From the NCBI GenBank assembly GCA_964035545.1, contig OZ037766.1, positions 12,266,722 through 12,330,721 of the forward strand: DNA of 64,000 bases, in the 5' to 3' direction. The position numbers were made by a program, and so were the translations under genes. This DNA is from Bugula neritina (lineage: Eukaryota; Animalia; Bryozoa). Positions 36,024-47,800 of the stretch are shown one piece after another (position 1 is the first letter of the stretch; every line of letters begins with the position of its first letter). The notes beneath the pieces were generated by a model that had not been told where the DNA came from, did not search any database, and saw only the letters and a program-made list of their open reading frames with translations.

Positions 36024-37046
36024 CTTTAGATACCACAGAGACATCAGCAAGAATTAAGGACTGCTCAACATCCAAACCTTCCACAAACAAGGCACTTTTA
36101 TTCTCAGACATTTGAAAATCAGAGACTTCAGTTACAAAATCATGTGCTACAACTGCTGCAGAAATGTCAGCATCAACCACTTTGGTAACGTCTGCAATAG
36201 TTTCAGATTCAAAAGCATTATCAATTAGAGATGTGACACTATTATCGGATGAAGAGCCTTCTGGCTCATCAGAATGTAAGCTTTGAGCTTCAGAAGAGAC
36301 ATGCACGTCAAGAGATGAGGCGCAGCTGAGTGCTTTGCCTGCAACGGCTCTGAGTGTACTGGGACATTCGACCACGCCTTTTCCTGCTCCAGCAATTGCA
36401 GCCGGTTCTAGCTCAGCTTCAGAGTTTATGGTTTCAGGTTCAGAAGTTGGCAACTCGGTTGGTGAGCGTACATCTAGCGACGCATCTGTCAACACGCTGG
36501 ACACTATGCTTGACGACTCCTTTTCTTCTTCATTGGAATTTTCTTTTGGTCGGCCTTTGGACAGTTCATCTACTGCGCAGTGAATAAATTTGGAAGAATT
36601 GGCCTCATCACGTAAAGCTGCTGCAAAATTATCTGGTTCTAAAAAACCCTCGTAACTTTCTGAGAGTCGCTCATTTGTATATAGAACATCAGTAGTTGCT
36701 TCATCTTTAGGAAATCTCACATGCTTTTCGGAAGATTTCATTTCAGAAACGCATTTTTCATCAAATGATATTGACAGAGCGTCTTCTTCAAGAGCCGTTT
36801 CACAATCTTGGATCTCCTCAAAGCCCTGGATGTATTCTTCGGTACCACTCTCAATGGTGTCTTCAAGCTCGTGCTTTTCTGCCTCAGAAAGTTGACTGAT
36901 GGCACTTATTTCGCTATGAACCGACAGCGACATGGGCTGACTGCTGACATTTGACGCTGACATGGGTGTGCTGTCACTGAGAGTAGAAGTAGTGAGCACT
37001 TCAGCCTCTTCCAGAGTCATTGTCCCATGATTAGTGACAATTGTTT
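36024..37046 (-). CDS. 1023-nt internal exon of the giant gene (Ser/Glu-rich)
   Basis: Covers ORF 36007..37020; acceptor ttctatag|AA at 37046, donor AAAG|gtactt at 36024; phase 1-1. Confidence 0.8.
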
Positions 37047-37560
37047 CTATAGAAAAGGAAGTACATCAAGTAAAATACATAACACATGTTGCAGATCACG
37101 GAAATAACTATCTATAGAGCTCAATGTAGCTTTAAGTTCTACATATGCTATGTACGGAGAAAAACAATTATTTGTGACAAACAGTATAGTTCAAAATAGC
37201 CATTGCACATATACACATTGTTCATGCTTTAAACTTTAAAGCATATGCAAGATTGAAAAAATAAATTATCAACTATCACATGGCAGAAAGAATAGTTCAT
37301 CTAATATAACTAATCTGAAATACTACTGAGCATTGGGCCATACAACATGCACTGCGGGCTGCAGCAAGTAACCAGCATCAAGCAAGTTTATGAAACAAGT
37401 TTGCTCCTCACAACAACTTAGTTGGGTAAAACAATGATATGAATATAAAACTATAATTTGATCAACTCTCTTTTAGAAAATCTACACAACTGCAAATGAG
37501 CAACAACTAAAATAAAGCAGTGTTACAATAGGTATACACGTATAAAGACATTAATTATAC

Positions 37561-37581
37561 CTGTGAAATATGGATCCGCTG
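37561..37581 (-). CDS. Candidate 21-nt micro-exon (AADPYFT)
   Basis: tttacag|CAGCGGATCCATATTTCACAG|gtataa; phase 1-1. Confidence 0.45.
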
Positions 37582-38999
37582 CTGTAAATATAAGAGGTGG
37601 AGATTTAGTTGTAGACATCCCATTCCATATGATAATCAACAGAAGATGCTACTTGCATCATATTACGACAGCAAACCATGGACAGTCAACAAACTTAGTG
37701 TGACTTTGTACAAAATATATTTCAGAATTACAATAAAACTCGGCGCTTCTCCAGAAGTTGTCTTATCACCCCATGATGATGGGCACACGTGCATACATAA
37801 ATAGCAGAAGTTATGTATTAAAATACCACTTTTCAAAGAAAGCTGCTGAATATGATAAAACCTGTTTTAGAGGAAGTTGTTGACATATATATGAGTATTT
37901 GCTAGTAGTCGTCTTATGTGCAACACTGATTTTACAGGCAACTGATACTCATGTGCAGATGGAATAACCAACAACCGCTGGAACAATATGACAACTGCCT
38001 AATTCTACTATCTCAACGACCCAAATGCAAATTATTAGATGTGAAGATGCCTGGAGTTATACTCTCACAAGTTTTGAGATTGCCACAACATATGAAAGCA
38101 TACAAGTTGAAAGCAGCTGTTACAATATTATAGAAATAAAATGCAGAAACACACTGCAACCAAAATATTAATTCACAACACTGAATAAAGTCTACACAAT
38201 TCATGCTCTAACAAGTTCTATTAGCTGTCAAAATGTAACCCAACAAGTTGTCACACGGTTTAAGTAAGTAGATATATATTTAATCATAGTCTGATAAAAT
38301 ACAAGTGTAAATTAAGTAGCAGGCACAACAAAGAGATGTTGTGCAAAAGATTTACAATTGAATAACAATATTACAAAAGTCAATAGCAGCATACTCCAAA
38401 CATATTGCTTAGCTCACTTAAGCCCAGAATAATAAAATAAATTATAGCAGTTGGCAGAATAGAATGATGCTCATACAACATGCACCTGTACATAGCTACA
38501 CAACAGCACAATGTACATTTGTATATTAATTTAGCAATGCATGAAAAATACAAAAACATTAGAAGATAAGTAGAGCGGCATAAATATAAACAGAAAAAAT
38601 TCTAAATACTCTAAGCCTTCTTTTCCAGAATGCAAGAACATAAAAAGCTAAGCATAATCTGGTAAGTTGAAATATCTTTAAGTAGTCTAAAGGAGAGGGG
38701 TTGGGACTACAGTATAATATAGACATAGAACTAGTAACAAACGAGGGGAGAGCGGGAGAGGTAGGTGTGTGTGCCAAGGCTACCAGATAGACCAATAACC
38801 CAAAACACCACAAAATCAATTCAGTGTCACATTTGCAAATCATGTGATTGCACAGAAGTTGTCTGCTCAGCGGAATAGTGAATAAATTACACATCAATGG
38901 AGTATGTCGACTAGATAAAAGCCTTCATTCGGCTTAGAAAAGTTTGTAGAGTTTAAATACTTGTGACGGGCAGACATAGCGGTAGGGTAACTCACTGAC

Positions 39000-39668
39000 C
39001 TGGCTCATCTGACAGATAACTACCAGCATCAAGATAATGATCAACTTCTCCAGCTAATGGTGCTGCAGTAACATGTTCGCAAGAATCAACTACAACAATT
39101 ACGAATCTGGATATAGTCTTCTGCACCACTTTAGAATTTTTTTGCAAGGATTATGATTAGCAAAACTTAGAAGACCTTAAGCAACAATTGAAGAGTAGGT
39201 CAACACACAAAATTGAATTGAAAATTGTATTGCTTATGGAACATGAGAAGCTATGTACCTTACAGAACCCAACATGTGAATTTATAACATGGCAAAACTG
39301 ATTTAGGCCAACGAGGTGAATGCCAGCTCTCATTAGATAAGTCTGTCCAAAGGGTTAAACGTTAAATAGGTTAAAGGTTAATATATCACACTGAGTCTGT
39401 CAGCTTCAACGTTATGCAAGTTACCATACTGTACCTGAAGTTGATTTGCTTTGAGCCTCATTAGCATCACCAAGCAGTGAACTTTCGAAATCTATGGGAA
39501 TAAAAGATGCAATTTATTTATAAAACGGAACAAATATGCTTGGATTTTAGCAATGAAAACTCACATAACTAAATGTAAATGTAAAGTTTGTAACATAATT
39601 ACACCAACCTTGAACTAAATTGTCCGACTGAGTGGAAGATTGATCATCATCACTAACTTTCCATTTGT
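39000..39668 (-). CDS. Three small phase 1-1 exons of the giant gene
   Basis: 39668-39609 (60 nt, DKWKVSDDDQSSTQSDNLVQ), 39491-39435 (57 nt, DFESSLLGDANEAQSKSTS), 39062-39000 (63 nt, APLAGEVDHYLDAGSYLSDEP); all AG/GT bounded and frame-preserving. Confidence 0.6.
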
Positions 39669-40562
39669 CTAAAAAATTAGTTCACCATACAAGTTATTTC
39701 AAAAATAGTATGCAAGCAAAATAACTAACAGAAGAAGATGTGACAAGACAATGGGAAAGTTGAGTTGAAGATGTAGGAAAGAAAAGAATGGAGCGTAGAT
39801 TTATAGCAATCGGCAAGAGAATTCTTGCACCAGTATATTTTAACAGATATTGTGCTAGAAATTTCTGTGGGTATATAGGCGGCATGTTTTAAGAAACTGC
39901 AACAAAATTGTTAATATAACAGAACATAGGAAATATTCAGTTTTATTGTCGCTATTTATTATATATATATAAAAATATTGTACAACATTGAGTTGACTGA
40001 AATTGACCATCATGCAGTCAATTGAATCTACATGCGTTGTTGGTGCAAATTGATGGCAAATGGCATAAACAACAGGGTGAGTAAAGTTTTAATTTGATTA
40101 TTGGATTAATAGGACCATAAAAATCTTTACAGAAAACAAGGCGGATCAAGCATATATAAAAATATCTTTGTAGGATACAACAGCTAAAGGGAACTCATGA
40201 AGAAAAAATATAAATATAACATATGAGCAACAAAGTATACATACTACTTTTGTCTTTGTTATCAAATACTACAAATCACAATAAAATTATTATATATCAT
40301 AGAAAGTAGAACTTACTAACAAAGAGAATGAATATTGCAAAAGTTGTACAATTGTAGATTTGCAAAATAAGAAGAAAGTAACAGTAGTAAGTCTGTGGTA
40401 CCAGTTTAGTAGATAGCATGTGGGTAAATTAGAGAAGCATGAGGCTTAGTGTTGCGGATATTTTCGGATGTAAATTTAGCATTAAGTGCCACAAACTGTT
40501 TTAGTCAAGGGTAGAGCATTTAAGTGGCTTGTTATTTTGGTCAATGCAAAGAGGCGGGGATT

Positions 40563-41602
40563 TCATTGCTGCGAAGCACTACTGCTATGCACATCCATAG
40601 CCATTCCCGGGACACTACTTGCAGCTAAATTCTCTTCACCTTCAATACACGTGGTTTGAGATTGAAGAACAGTAATTGTTCTCTCAACTTCTATATCAGC
40701 TGGCAGATCTTTGGTGTGGGAATGTCCAAGGTCATCAATATCACCCGGACTCATTGCAAGAAAATGAGTCGCTGCAGAACTCTCATCAGGCGATTGATCA
40801 GCAGAAACAGCAGGTGGTGATACACTTTGATCAGAAGAGCCAAGAGACAAAAACTTTTTCACCATAGAAGAATTACTTTCTTTGGTAGAAAGGGTGATAT
40901 CACCATCTTCATTCTTGGTTATCAAATTTTTAGCTACCATTCGTTTTCGAATTGTTTTAGTGATTTTTCGCGTAACAACAGTACCATCTGGTAAAACCTC
41001 AATCTTAGTTTCGGTTTCCAATCTAGGGTCATCTGTAGTAATTTCAGTTTCAAAAGTGATGTCATCAGATTTAGACTGGGTGTGAATATCCAAGGTGCAA
41101 GAGTCATTTGAGGTGGAAACATGGCTGTCAATATCGACATCAATGGCCAACTTCTGTTCAGGATTTGAAGTATTTTGGAAATCGACCTCAATCTCAGAAG
41201 GGCTGGGATGAGATGAACTGTAGTGATGAACGTTGTCAGAAGAATCAGAAGATGGACAATTAACATCATCAGAAAGGGGCTCATGGGCTAGATTTATTTT
41301 AATCTGATTATTTTCACAATCAGTAGTATTACGGGTGTAACTGATTAAGCCAACATCAGCCTGAGGCATGGTCCCAGAAAGCTGGCCTAGATGAGAAGTT
41401 GCTCCGGTAGGGCATGGAAATTCAGAAGAGATTGGGACTTTTTCAAAAGTGCCATCTGTACGGAAAAGAAGTTGATCCTCATGAACTTCAGCACGGTAAT
41501 CAGTTGACGCAACTGAAGAATGCAACGAAAACAGTTGAGGTGTTGGCGAGGAAACATGCACCCATTCATCTTCGTGAACTTCAGAGGGCAGCATATGCAC
41601 AT
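40563..41602 (-). CDS. Alternative terminal exon of the giant gene (LIR-like and obscurin-binding-like motifs)
   Basis: Acceptor ttctgtag|AT at 41602 continues the giant exon in frame; EDEWVHV and LPDGTVVTRKITKTIRKR motifs; TGA at 40563; AATAAA signals on the minus strand at ~39942-39960. Confidence 0.75.
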
Positions 41603-41809
41603 CTACAGAAAGAAATCAAATGAAACATAAAAATACAAAAAGAAAGTGAAGAGGGCAGGATTTAAACTGAAATCATTACAGATAATTATTCTAAACACCC
41701 TATATAGAAATATACAAAACACTAAAAAGGATAATACAAGTGCGAAATTTGGACTGCTGCATAAAAGTAAAGCCAAAACAATTACTAAAGAAGCATTAAA
41801 AATACAAAC

Positions 41810-44800
41810 CTGAAGAAGTGATAGCAGGAAGAGCGTGCTGCGAGACTGAAGTAGTAACATTTTGACAGACAACAGTTCCATCACGAAGAAGACGATAATT
41901 GGACTCAGTGAAAGTATGACCTGTAGGAACAACCTGGGCACACTGGTCAATGGTATAAGTAATAGAAGCAGAGCCGACAGGCTTATTGTCGACTAGCACA
42001 TAATCGGAATCAGACGATGAACCAGAAGAAATCACAGTTTCATCATCATCGATAACCAGCAGTGAAGGTGCCTTATTACCAAAAACAGTATCAGAAGAAG
42101 AATGACTGAAAGTCACAGGCTGCTCAAGAGGCAAAACAGTGCCTGAATCTAAATGTCTGGAATGACTGGAGACGATAGGAGAGAAGGTTATGACAGAATC
42201 AGCCTCCACAACTTCAATAGCGGATGAACCAGGTAAAAGCTGGGCATCATGAGATTGAAGAGAGACAGGTACAGTGTGACCATTGGAATGGCTGGAAGAA
42301 GGAACGGCCTGTGGAAAAGAAGTATCAAGGGAGTTGGGAGGGGAGGAAGAACTGCGCTGCTCAGTTGTAGAGAGAGAAGACGAATCGTTTGTTCCAAGCA
42401 TGTTAGGTCCATCACTGGTCGAAATATCAGCTTCAATAGCAGTAGAAGAGTTCAACAAAACCATCTCATGTACAGAAACCGACTCGAAAGACTCAACTAC
42501 TCCTGTTGTGTTACAAGCAAGCTGAAGATCACATGTAGACTTCTCAGAATCAGTTGCTTTGTTAAGAATAGACTGGTCTAGTTGCTCATTGACCACAGGC
42601 TCACATTCAACAGCATCTGTAGCTTCAGGTTCGACCTCCTGTTCAAGAACAACATATTCAGCAGAGTCTTGAACTTTTGCTTCAACGTTCTCAGTTGCAG
42701 GTTGTTCAGCATCTGCAGGTTCCTCAGCAACTGGCTGGCCTGCTTCCTCAGCACCCGTCTGGGCTGCCTCTTCAACAACCGTCTGGTCTGGCGCATCAGC
42801 AATAGTCAGATCTGGTTCTTCTGAGACAGGCTGGTCCTGTTTTTTAGCGACCGGCTGGGCTGGTTCCTCAGAAACAAGCAGGTCTACTTCCACAGAGACT
42901 GGCTGGGATGGCTCTTTGACGACAGTCTGTTCTGGTTCTTCAGAGACAAGCTGGTCTTGTTCAGCAGTGGCCGCAAGATCACTTTCAATGGCATTTGCAG
43001 CTACAGGAACAACATCCTCTTCAAGAACAACAGACTCAGCTGCGCCTTGGGCTTCTGCTTCACTGTCGTCAGTTGCAGGTGGTTGAGCATCTGCAGGTTC
43101 CACACCTGCGTGCTGGTCTGGCTCTTCGACAACTGGCTGATCTGGTTCCTCAGCAACAGTGTGGTCTGCTTCCTCAGCAACTGGCTGGTCTGCTTCCTCA
43201 GTCACGGTCTGGTCTGGCTCTTCACCAACAGGATAGTCTGGCTCTTGAGAGACTGGCTGGTCTGGTGCATCAGTGGGCGACTGGTCTGGCTCATCAGCAA
43301 CAGTCAGATCTGGCGCTTCACCAAGAATATGGTCTGTTTCTTCAGGCTCAGGTTGGTCTGGTTTCACAATGACCACAGGTTCACTTTCAACAGCATCTGT
43401 AACTTCAGGTACAACGTCCTCTTCAGCAACAACAGATTCAGCAGCGTCTTTGATTTCTGCTTCAATGTCATCAGTCGCAGGTTGTTCAGCATATGCTTGT
43501 TCCTCAGCAACAGGCAAGTCGACTTCTTCAGCAACATCCGAGACTGATTCCTCTACAACTGGCTGGTCCAGTTCTTCAGCAGCTGTCTGGTCAGGCTCCT
43601 CAGAGAATTGCTGGCCTGGTTCATCAGTGGGCATCTGGTCTGCCTCATCAGCAACAGTCAGATCTGGTTCTTCTGAGACAGACTGGTCTTCTTCAGTAAC
43701 TGTTGGGTATGGTTCTTCACAAACCGTCAGGTCTGGCTCTCTACCAACAGTATGGTCTGGTTCTTCAGACACTGGCTGGTCTGATTCTTCAGCAACCGTC
43801 TGGTCAGGCTCCTCAGAGACTTGCTCGTCTGGTTCATCAGTGGGCGTCTGGTCTGGCTTCTCAGAGACTTGCTGGTCTGGTTCATCAGTGGGCGTCTGGT
43901 ATGGCTCATCAGCAACCATAGGCTCTGCTTCCTCAGCAACAGTCTGGTCTGGTTCTACAGTGACCACAGGCTCACTTTCAACAGCTTCTACAGCTTCAGG
44001 TACAAGCTCTTCTTCAGCAGCGACAGAGTCCGCAGCGTCTTTGACTTCTGAATCAACGTCGCAGGTTGGAGGTTGTTCAGCATCTGTAAGTTCTTCGGCT
44101 ACCGGCTGGTCTGGGTCCACACGAGCTAACGGGTCTGGTTCTTCAGAAACCGTCTGGTCGAGCTCTTCAGCAACAGTCTGGACTGGTTCTTCAGCCACAA
44201 TCTGGTCTGTTTCTTCCGAGGCTGGCTGGTCTGGTTGTTCAGCAGCCGTCTGGTCAGGCTCCTTAGAGACATGCTGGTCTGGTGCATCAGTGGGCGTCTG
44301 GTCTGGCTCATCAGACACAGGCTGGTCTGGTTCCACAATATCCACAGGTTCACTTTCAACAGAATCTGTAACTTCAGGTACAACGTCCTCTTCAGCAACA
44401 ACAGATTCAGCAGCGTCTTTGATTTCTGCTTCAATGTCGTCAGTCGCAGGTTGTTCAGCATCTGCTTGTTTTTCAGCTGCTGTCTGGTCCGGTTCCTCAG
44501 CTACAGACAGGTATGGTTCCTCAGCAACAAGTTGGTCTGCTTCCTCAGTCGCAGTCTGGATTGATTCTTCAGAGGAAGGCAGGTCTGGATCTTGAGCAAC
44601 CGGCTGGTTTGATTCTTCAGCCACAGTCTGATCTAGGTCTTCAGCAAAAGGCTGGTGTGGCTTCTCAGCAACTGGCGGGTTTAGTTGTTCAGCAACCGTC
44701 TGGTCAGGCTCTTCAGAGACTTGCTGGTTTGGCTCATCTGTAACCGTCTGGTCTGCCTCCTCAGCAACAGCCTGGTCTGGCTCTTCAGAGACAGGTTGGT

Positions 44801-47800
44801 CCGGTTCTGCAGTAAACAAGGGCTCACTTACAACAGCATCTGTGGCTTCAGGTACAACCTCCTCTTGAGCGCCAACAGATTCAGTGGCGTCTTTGACCTC
44901 TGCAGGTTGTTCAGCAGACGTCTGGTTCGGTTCCTCAGCCACAGTCTGGTCTGAGTCTTCAGAGACTGGCTGATCTAGTTCTTCAGCAACAGTCTGGTCT
45001 AGGTGTTCAGCAACAGGCTGATCTGGTTCCTCAGAAACTGGCTGGTCCGCGTCTTCAGCAATAAACTGGTCAGGCTCCTCAGAGACTTGCTGGCGTGGTT
45101 CATCAGTTGGGGTTGCGCCTGGCTCCTCAGCAACAGTCAAATCTGGTTCTTCAGGGACAGACCGGTTTTGTTCTTCAGCAACAGTCTGGACCGGTTTTTC
45201 AGCCACAGTCTGGTCTGGTTCTTCAGAGAGAGGCTGGTCTGGTGGCTTAACAGCTGGCAGATCAGCTTTTTCGGCAGCCGTCTGTTCTTGTTCTTCACCA
45301 ACAGTATGGTCTGGTTCTTCTGAGACAGGCTGGTCTTCTTCTGCAACAGTCTGGTCTGGTTCTTCAGAAACCGTCTGGTCGGGCTCTTCAGCAACAGTCT
45401 GAACTGGTTCTTCAGCCACAGTCTGGTCTGGTTCTTCAGCAACCGTCAGATGTGCTTCCACAGCAACAGTCTGGTCTGGTTCTTCAGCAACAGTCAGGTT
45501 TGATTCTTCACCAACAGTCTGGGTCAGCTCATCAGAGACTAGTTGGTCTGGTGCATCAGTGGGCGTCTGGTCTGCCTCATCAGCAACCATAGGCTCTGGT
45601 TCCTCAGCAACAGTCTGGTCTGGCTCTTCAGAAACCGTCTGGTCTGGTTCTTCACCAACAGTATAGTCTGGTTTTTCTGAGACAGGTTGGTTTTCTTCTG
45701 CAACAGTCTGGTCTGGCTCTTCAGCAACAGCCTGGTCTGGTTCTTCAGAAACCGTCTGGTCTGGCTCATCAGCAACCATAAGCTCTGCTTCCTCAGCAAC
45801 AGTCTGGTAGGGTTCTTCAGGGACAGGTTGGCCCGGTTCCACAGTGACCACAGCCTCACTTTCAACAGCTTCTACAGCTTCAGGTACAAGCTTTTCTTCA
45901 GCAGCGACAGAGTCAGTAGCGTCTGAATCAACGTCGCAGGCTGGAGGTTGTTCCACATCTGTAGGTTCTTCGGCTACGAGCTGGTCCGGGTCCTCACCAG
46001 CTGGCTGGTCTGGTTCTTCAGAAACCGTCTGGTCGGGCTCTTCAGCAACAGTCTGGACTGGTTCTTCAGCCAGAATCCGGTCTGGTTCTTCAGATACTCG
46101 CTGGTCTGATTCTTCAGCAACAGTCGGGTCAGGCTCATCAGACACTTGCTGGTCGGGTTCATCAGTGGGCGTCTGGTCTGGCTCATCAGCAACCATAGGC
46201 TTTGCTTCCTCAGCAACAGTCTGGTCTGGTTCTTCAGAAACCGTCTGGTCGAGCTCTTCAGCAACAGTCTGAACTGGTTCTTCAGCCACAGTCTGGTCTG
46301 GTTCTTCAGCAACCGTCAGATCTGCTTCCACAGCAACAGTCTGGTCTGGTTCTTCAGCAACAGCCTGGTTTGATTCTTCACTAACAATCTGGGTTAGCTC
46401 ATCAGAAACTAGTTGGTCTGGTGCATCAGTGAGCGTCTGGTCTGCCTCATCAGCAACCATAGGCTCTGGTTCCTCAGCAACAGTCTGGTGTGGCTCTTCA
46501 GAAACCGTCTGGTCTGGTTCTTCACCAACAGTATAGTCTGGTTCTTCTGCAACAGTCTGGTCTGGCTCTTCAGCAACAGCCTGGTCTGGTTCTTCAGAAA
46601 CCGTCTGGTCGGGCTCTTCAGGAACAGTCTGGACTGGTTCTTCAGCCACAGTCTGCTCTGGTTCGTCAGAGACAGGCTGGTCTGGTGAATCAACAACTGC
46701 TTGGTCTGCATCTTCAGCAGCCATATGCTCTAGCTCTTCAGCAACAGACTGGTCTGGTTTTGCAGAAACTGGCTTGTCTGGTTCTTCAGCAATGGTTTGG
46801 TTTGGCTCATCACCAACAGTTTGGTCTGGCTCTTCAGCAACAGCCTGGTTTGATTCTTCACCAACAGTCTGGGTTGGCTCATCAGAGACTAGTTGGTCTG
46901 GCTCATCAGTGGGCGTCGGGTCTGCCTCATCAGCAACCATAGGCTCTGTTTCCTCAGCAATAGTCTGGTCTGGTTCTTCAGAGACAGGTTGGTCCGAAGC
47001 TACAGTGACCACAGGCTCACTTTCAACAGCTTCTACAGCTTCAGGTACAAGCTCTTCTTCAGCAGCGACAGAGTCAACAGCGTCTCTGCCTTCTGCTTTA
47101 ATGTCGTCAGTTGCAGGTTGTTCAGCATCTGCTTGTTCCCCAGGAACGGGCAGGTCGGCTTCTTCAGCAAGAGCTGAGACTGAATCCTCGACAATTGGCT
47201 GGTCCGGTTCTTCAGCAGCTATTTGGTCTGGCTCCTCAGAGACCTGCTGCTCTGGTTCATCAGTGGGTTTCTGGTCTGGCTCATCAGCAACAGTCAGACC
47301 TGGTTCTTCTGAGACATGCTGGTCTTCTTCAGCAACCGTCTGGTCTGGCTCTTCACCAACAGTATGGTCTGGTTCTTCAGACACTGGCTGGTCTGATTCT
47401 TCAGCAACCGTCTGGTCAGGCTCCTCAGAGACTTGCTGATCTGGTTCAGCAGTGGGCGTCTGGTCTGGCTCATCAGCAACCATAGGCTCTGCTTCCTCAG
47501 CAACAGTCGGGTCGGGTTCTTCAGGGACAGGTTGGTCCAGTTCCACAGTGACCACAGGCTCACTTTCAACAGCTTCTACAGATTCAGGTACAAGCTCTTC
47601 TTCAGCAGCGACAGAGTCAGCAGCATCTGAATCAACGTTGCAGGCTGGCGGTTGTTCAACATCTGTAGGTTCTTCGGCTGTGGGCTGGTCCGGGTCCTCA
47701 CCAGCTGGCTGGTCTGGTTCTTCAGAAACCGTCTGGTCGGGCTCTTCAGCAACAGTCTGGACTGGTTCTTCAGCCAGAATCCGGTCTGGTTCTTCAGATA

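Noticed and set aside
29468-36587. Antisense ORFs over the 4.8-kb and 1-kb exons
   Set aside because: Expected shadows of Ser/Asp/Glu-rich coding sequence; no independent signals.
41603-41950. Hydrophobic 115-aa ORF resembling a membrane protein
   Set aside because: Off-frame exon end plus T-rich intron 41809-41603.
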